From the NCBI GenBank assembly GCA_038831915.1, contig JAWBKB010000025.1, positions 1 to 19,001 on the forward strand: 19,001 nt of DNA. Direction: 5' to 3'. Made by a program: the position numbers and the translations under genes. The notes beneath the pieces are model-generated. The model was not told the DNA's origin and ran no database searches. It saw only the letters and a program-made list of their open reading frames with translations. Source of the stretch: Candidatus Caldarchaeum sp. Its GTDB lineage: Archaea; Thermoproteota; Nitrososphaeria_A; Caldarchaeales; Caldarchaeaceae. How positions within the stretch are numbered: position 1 is the stretch's first letter; each line of letters opens with the position of its first letter. This document shows positions 15,620 through 19,001 of this stretch, in pieces.

Positions 15620-16882
15620 TTATATTCCGTATTTTTCGGCGTATCGTCTGAGTGCCTGTTTGAATGGTTCTATGGGTATTTCCACGATGCCTGCTCCGAC
15701 TTGACCGACGCCGGGGTTTCGATGAGCTATTCCCGTATCGGCTACGGGAGGTAGGCCCAGCCGCAGAATCTTCCGGACATCTACACCGGTTGGTGTTCCT
15801 TCGAATTCGAGGTAGGGAATCGTGAAATAACGATGCTTGCCGTAGGTTATCCGGCTCATTCTGTTTGTTATTTCGACGGCTTGTTTGACGTCTCCTCCCA
15901 CGAATCTGACTATTGCCGGGCTCGCGGCCATCGCAGCAGCTCCAAGCCCTGCTGTCTCGGTGATGGTGCTGTCGCCGATGTCAGGGTTCGAATCGGCCTC
16001 TGTAAAGCCTGGAAAGTAAAGGCCTTTCGGAACCGGGGCCGGTGAAACAAACCATTCATCACCCAGCCCGCTCACCCTAATGCCGAGGTCTGTTCCGTTC
16101 CGTGAAATCGCCGTAACAATCGTGCTGTATGGAATGTTATGTGCCTTGTCTGCCATGAGTTTGCAGGAAGCCATGGCGAGGTTGAGGAAGAAATGATTGT
16201 TCGCGTCTATGGTCGATAAAACTGTGCGTGCTTCGTTTTTGTCGGCGACTTTCAAGACGTAGGGTGATATTTCACGGAAAAACAGCGATGTTGCTGCCAC
16301 GTTTCTGTTGTGACATTCATCGCCCATGTGAACAGCCTGAGCGATGATGTTTCGAAGGTCTATTCCGCCTTTGTCGTTGACGGCTTCGTGGATAGCGTTG
16401 GCTAAGACAACGGCGAACTGTCCGTTCAGATACTTCAGCCTATCGAGAACGTCTTTCGAATACGCTCCATAACGCAGAACGCGGCCCAAGCCTTCGTTGA
16501 TGTTGCTGTAGGAGCGGGATTCGCCGTCTCTGAGGACGAAAACTTTCATCGAAGGAGATATTACTCCAGCCATCGGGCCGACGGCGGAGTTGTGATGATT
16601 CGGCTCCAGCAGTACTTCACCTCTTTCAAGGAGTTTGACGGCTTTTTCCTCGGTGTCCGCCCATCCTTCGAAGAGAACCGCTCCTATGATAGCTCCGCGT
16701 AACGGCCCGCTCGTCCTTTCCCATGAAATCGGAGGCCCGGCATGAGTCAACCGGTAGTCTTGCCTCAAAAAAGAGATGGCTTTTCTGGCTTCGACAACGT
16801 CGACGAGAACAGGCCGTGTCTCAACCATGCGTTCGAAAGCCTGCTGGTTAGCTTTTTCAACGGTTTCTTTCAGGCTTTCCAT
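15620..16882 (-). CDS. ylbE: DUF1116 family protein (YlbE/YahG-like; oxamate carbamoyltransferase subunit AllG family)
   Basis: HAGPPISWE..GPLRGAIIGAVLFEGWA, AVGPMAGVISPSM, NEGLGRVLRYGAY, MGDECHNRNVAAT, HFFLNLAMA, RNGTDLGIRVSG, NPDIGDSTITETAGLG, TGIAHRNPGVGQVGAG. Confidence 0.92.
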   Translation of the reverse strand: MESLKETVEKANQQAFERMVETRPVLVDVVEARKAISFLRQDYRLTHAGPPISWERTSGPLRGAIIGAVLFEGWADTEEKAVKLLERGEVLLEPNHHNSAVGPMAGVISPSMKVFVLRDGESRSYSNINEGLGRVLRYGAYSKDVLDRLKYLNGQFAVVLANAIHEAVNDKGGIDLRNIIAQAVHMGDECHNRNVAATSLFFREISPYVLKVADKNEARTVLSTIDANNHFFLNLAMASCKLMADKAHNIPYSTIVTAISRNGTDLGIRVSGLGDEWFVSPAPVPKGLYFPGFTEADSNPDIGDSTITETAGLGAAAMAASPAIVRFVGGDVKQAVEITNRMSRITYGKHRYFTIPYLEFEGTPTGVDVRKILRLGLPPVADTGIAHRNPGVGQVGAGIVEIPIEPFKQALRRYAEKYGI

Positions 16883-16885
16883 GGT

Positions 16886-17689
16886 CTATTCCGACGTAAC
16901 AGCGATGACTCTGCAGTAGGCTGTTTCACCGCCTTCAAATTTGAACGGCAAAGCCATAATCAGACATCGTTTGTCGGCGACTTTTTCAATCTCGCCGCCG
17001 AGGTTTTCCGCATGCAGAATCATCTCCGGAAACAAGGCGATGTGCATCACCTGATAGTTTTCAGGCCACGGCATTAGTTCGTCAATTTTCTTCCCCCATT
17101 TCTTCTCGGCTTCGGCCACGAGGTCAGGCCTCGCCCGCCTAATCACCGTGTTAAACGGATGGTCCTGTGAAGCCGCGTCAATACCCAGCCAACGAATCTT
17201 TTTCTCGATACACCATCTAGCGAACTCCGCGGTTGGGCCGGGATGCTTACACATGTATCGGACTTCGTCAGGCTCGGGCCCGCACCACGCATACCGATGA
17301 TAGCCGGTGTGAATGATGAGAATGTCGTCGGGCTTGATTTGCAGACCCGCTTCTTTCGCAACTTCTTCGATGGTTTGACTCGTGTAAATGTCGTAGTCTC
17401 CCACTTTCTTGCTAATGTCGACGATGACCCCTTCGCCGATGAAATAGTTGATGTCGATGCTTGCGATGTCTTTTCCACCTGTCATGAAATGAAGCTGGCC
17501 GTCGAAATGCGTTCCGGTGTGAAGCGGCCCTTCAATGTACTGGGCGTTCACGTTGTGTTCGCTCAAACGCTTAATCCAAGTCACTTTGAAAGGCGGATAC
17601 CACATGAAAGGTGGGGCGCGGGGACTCGTCGGCTGAGAAAGGTCGTAAATTTTTATCTTCGACCAATCCCAAACAGATTTTGCACTCAT
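16886..17689 (-). CDS. Cyclase family metal-dependent amidohydrolase (kynurenine formamidase/isatin hydrolase fold)
   Basis: HTGTHFDGQLH (HxGTHxD metal motif), DILIIHTGY, HPG, GIDAASQDH, HAENL, PFKFEGGE..RVIA. ATG 17689 preferred from TATA spacing; 3-bp gap to the DUF1116 gene. Confidence 0.9.
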   Translation of the reverse strand: MSAKSVWDWSKIKIYDLSQPTSPRAPPFMWYPPFKVTWIKRLSEHNVNAQYIEGPLHTGTHFDGQLHFMTGGKDIASIDINYFIGEGVIVDISKKVGDYDIYTSQTIEEVAKEAGLQIKPDDILIIHTGYHRYAWCGPEPDEVRYMCKHPGPTAEFARWCIEKKIRWLGIDAASQDHPFNTVIRRARPDLVAEAEKKWGKKIDELMPWPENYQVMHIALFPEMILHAENLGGEIEKVADKRCLIMALPFKFEGGETAYCRVIAVTSE

Positions 17690-17750
17690 ACATATCAACA
17701 TGTCAAAACTAATATAAATATTGGCCGCCAGAAGTTGATGATGTATTGAC
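17690..17750. promoter_or_regulatory. 61-bp divergent promoter with one central AT block (AATATAAATATT, 17711-17722)
   Basis: Reads TTTATATT on minus and TATAAATA on plus; flanked by inverted repeat CATGTCAA (17699-17706) / TTGACATG (17746-17753). Confidence 0.55.
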
Positions 17751-19001
17751 ATGGGTTTGTCGCGAACAGTAAATTATGTGATTCGCGGCGTGTACAGAGA
17801 TTCTGTTCAACTCATGGAAGTTTCTGAACGCGTTAAACGATTGCCCGGTGTCTTGGACGCGGCGGTTGTCATGGGGACGGCTGCGAACAAGGAATCCCTC
17901 AAACCGTTGGATTTGCTCACCGTCGAAGGTGAGCAGGCAGGGCCCAACGACATCATCGTCGCGTTAAAAGTCTCAGAAAGCCCTGAACAAATTTTCGAAG
18001 AAGTGAAGAAAATTCTGTTTGAAACAAAAAAAGCTGCCGCGAGACACTTTAGTTTTGAAGACGCAATCAAAGCTCATCCAGACATAAAGTACGCTTCAAT
18101 ATCTATTCCCGGTAAATATGTCGAACGCATCGCTTTGGAAATGCTTCGACATGGTGTGAACTTGTTTGTTTTTAGCGACCACGTGCCGGTGGAAACCGAA
18201 GTCCTGCTGAAGAGGAAAGCTGCTTCCCGTGATTTGCTGGTTATGGGTCCCGAAGCGGGAACCGCGATTGTCTCAGGAGTTGGGTTCGGGTTTGCGAACA
18301 AGGTTGCAGAAGGCCCCGTGGGAGTAGTTGCCTCCGCTGGTTCAGGAATCCAAGAATTCGTCACCCTTCTCGACCACTACGGATTGGGCATAAGCCATGC
18401 CATCGGCGTGGGAGCTCGAGACCTAAGCCGAAAAGTCGGAGGAATCATGACGAGAAAAGCTCTCAAAACTCTTGACGAAGACCCCAAAACTCTGATACTC
18501 GCGTTGATCGCGAAGCAATCCGACATCGACGTGGTTCGTGAAATTCTCGAAGGTGAGAAGTTTTCCAAACCTCTTGTCACTTGTCTTCTCGGACATGAGA
18601 CGAAAATTTCAGAGTATCCACAGGCTTCGACGCTTCATGGATTGTTTCTGAAAGCAGCTTCAGCTTTTTCAAGACAGGTCTACCAGAAAGCGTTGGACGC
18701 GTTATTCAGAGATGTCAAGGCGTTGACGGGCCTCGTTCGGAGGGAAACAGGATTTCCGAGAGCTTTTTACAGCGGCGGAACTTTGGCGACTGAAACGGCG
18801 TATGTATGGACGAAGGCTGGGTTGAAAGTTTATTCAAACCTCGGCTCCTCATGGACGCAACAGCTTCCCAGCCCCTACGTTTCTGTCGAATCAACCGTCG
18901 TCGACTACGGCAGCGAGGAATTCACCGAGGGACGGCCCCATCCAATAATCGACCCAACACTTCGAAACAAAAGAATTATCGCGGAACTAAACTCGCCCGA
19001 C
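17751..19001 (+). CDS. fdrA: FdrA (acyl-CoA synthetase-like; oxamate carbamoyltransferase subunit AllF family), 3'-truncated by the window end
   Basis: Not in the ORF track. Manual translation is open for 417 codons: MGLSRTVNYVIRGVYRDSVQLM..VVMGTAANK..GPNDII..SISIPGKY..FVFSDHV..LVMGPEAGTA..FANKVAEGPVGVVASAGSGIQE..ISHAIGVGARDLS..YSGGTLATE..DYGSEEFTEGRPHPIIDPTLR. Confidence 0.9.
   Translation, partial: MGLSRTVNYVIRGVYRDSVQLMEVSERVKRLPGVLDAAVVMGTAANKESLKPLDLLTVEGEQAGPNDIIVALKVSESPEQIFEEVKKILFETKKAAARHFSFEDAIKAHPDIKYASISIPGKYVERIALEMLRHGVNLFVFSDHVPVETEVLLKRKAASRDLLVMGPEAGTAIVSGVGFGFANKVAEGPVGVVASAGSGIQEFVTLLDHYGLGISHAIGVGARDLSRKVGGIMTRKALKTLDEDPKTLILALIAKQSDIDVVREILEGEKFSKPLVTCLLGHETKISEYPQASTLHGLFLKAASAFSRQVYQKALDALFRDVKALTGLVRRETGFPRAFYSGGTLATETAYVWTKAGLKVYSNLGSSWTQQLPSPYVSVESTVVDYGSEEFTEGRPHPIIDPTLRNKRIIAELNSPD

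Noticed and set aside
17690-17752. Longer N-termini from the ORF track (cyclase 17752; also SAMP 10003, Fe-S 10856, carboxyltransferase 14148)
   Set aside because: Extensions lack family-like sequence, and downstream starts fit TATA or SD spacing or the family N-terminus better.
348-18580. The many 60-230 aa overlapping or antisense ORFs in the track (e.g. 1128-1814, 9305-9775, 12511-12951, 17243-17749, 17807-18580)
   Set aside because: Shadows of real genes with no recognisable motifs; those at 17807-18580 are antisense to fdrA.

Overview
Archaeal-looking (TATA/BRE promoters, short or absent leaders, SAMP-like protein; roughly 50% GC by eye) catabolic island for nitrogenous compounds. Left module: an orphan xanthine-oxidase-family Mo large subunit (AYRGAGR motif), a saccharopine-dehydrogenase-like oxidoreductase, a PotABCD-type ABC importer with a divergent Tat-exported binding protein, and a HemL-like class III aminotransferase. 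A 653-bp decayed IS6 element absent from the ORF track (perfect 14-bp TIRs, 8-bp target duplication) sits between the dehydrogenase and potD. Middle: a MoaD/SAMP sulfur carrier. Right module: a complete L/M/S Mo-hydroxylase operon, an orphan acyl-CoA carboxyltransferase, a DUF1116 (YlbE/AllG) protein, a cyclase-family amidohydrolase, and FdrA/AllF (runs off the window, absent from the ORF track). Best candidates for a novel system, both inferred: (1) an oxidative N-heterocycle (possibly pyrimidine) pathway coupling an AllF/AllG-like transcarbamylase to (methyl)malonyl-CoA decarboxylation; (2) an amine/polyamine catabolic route using transamination, Mo-dependent aldehyde oxidation and NAD(P)-dependent C-N cleavage.
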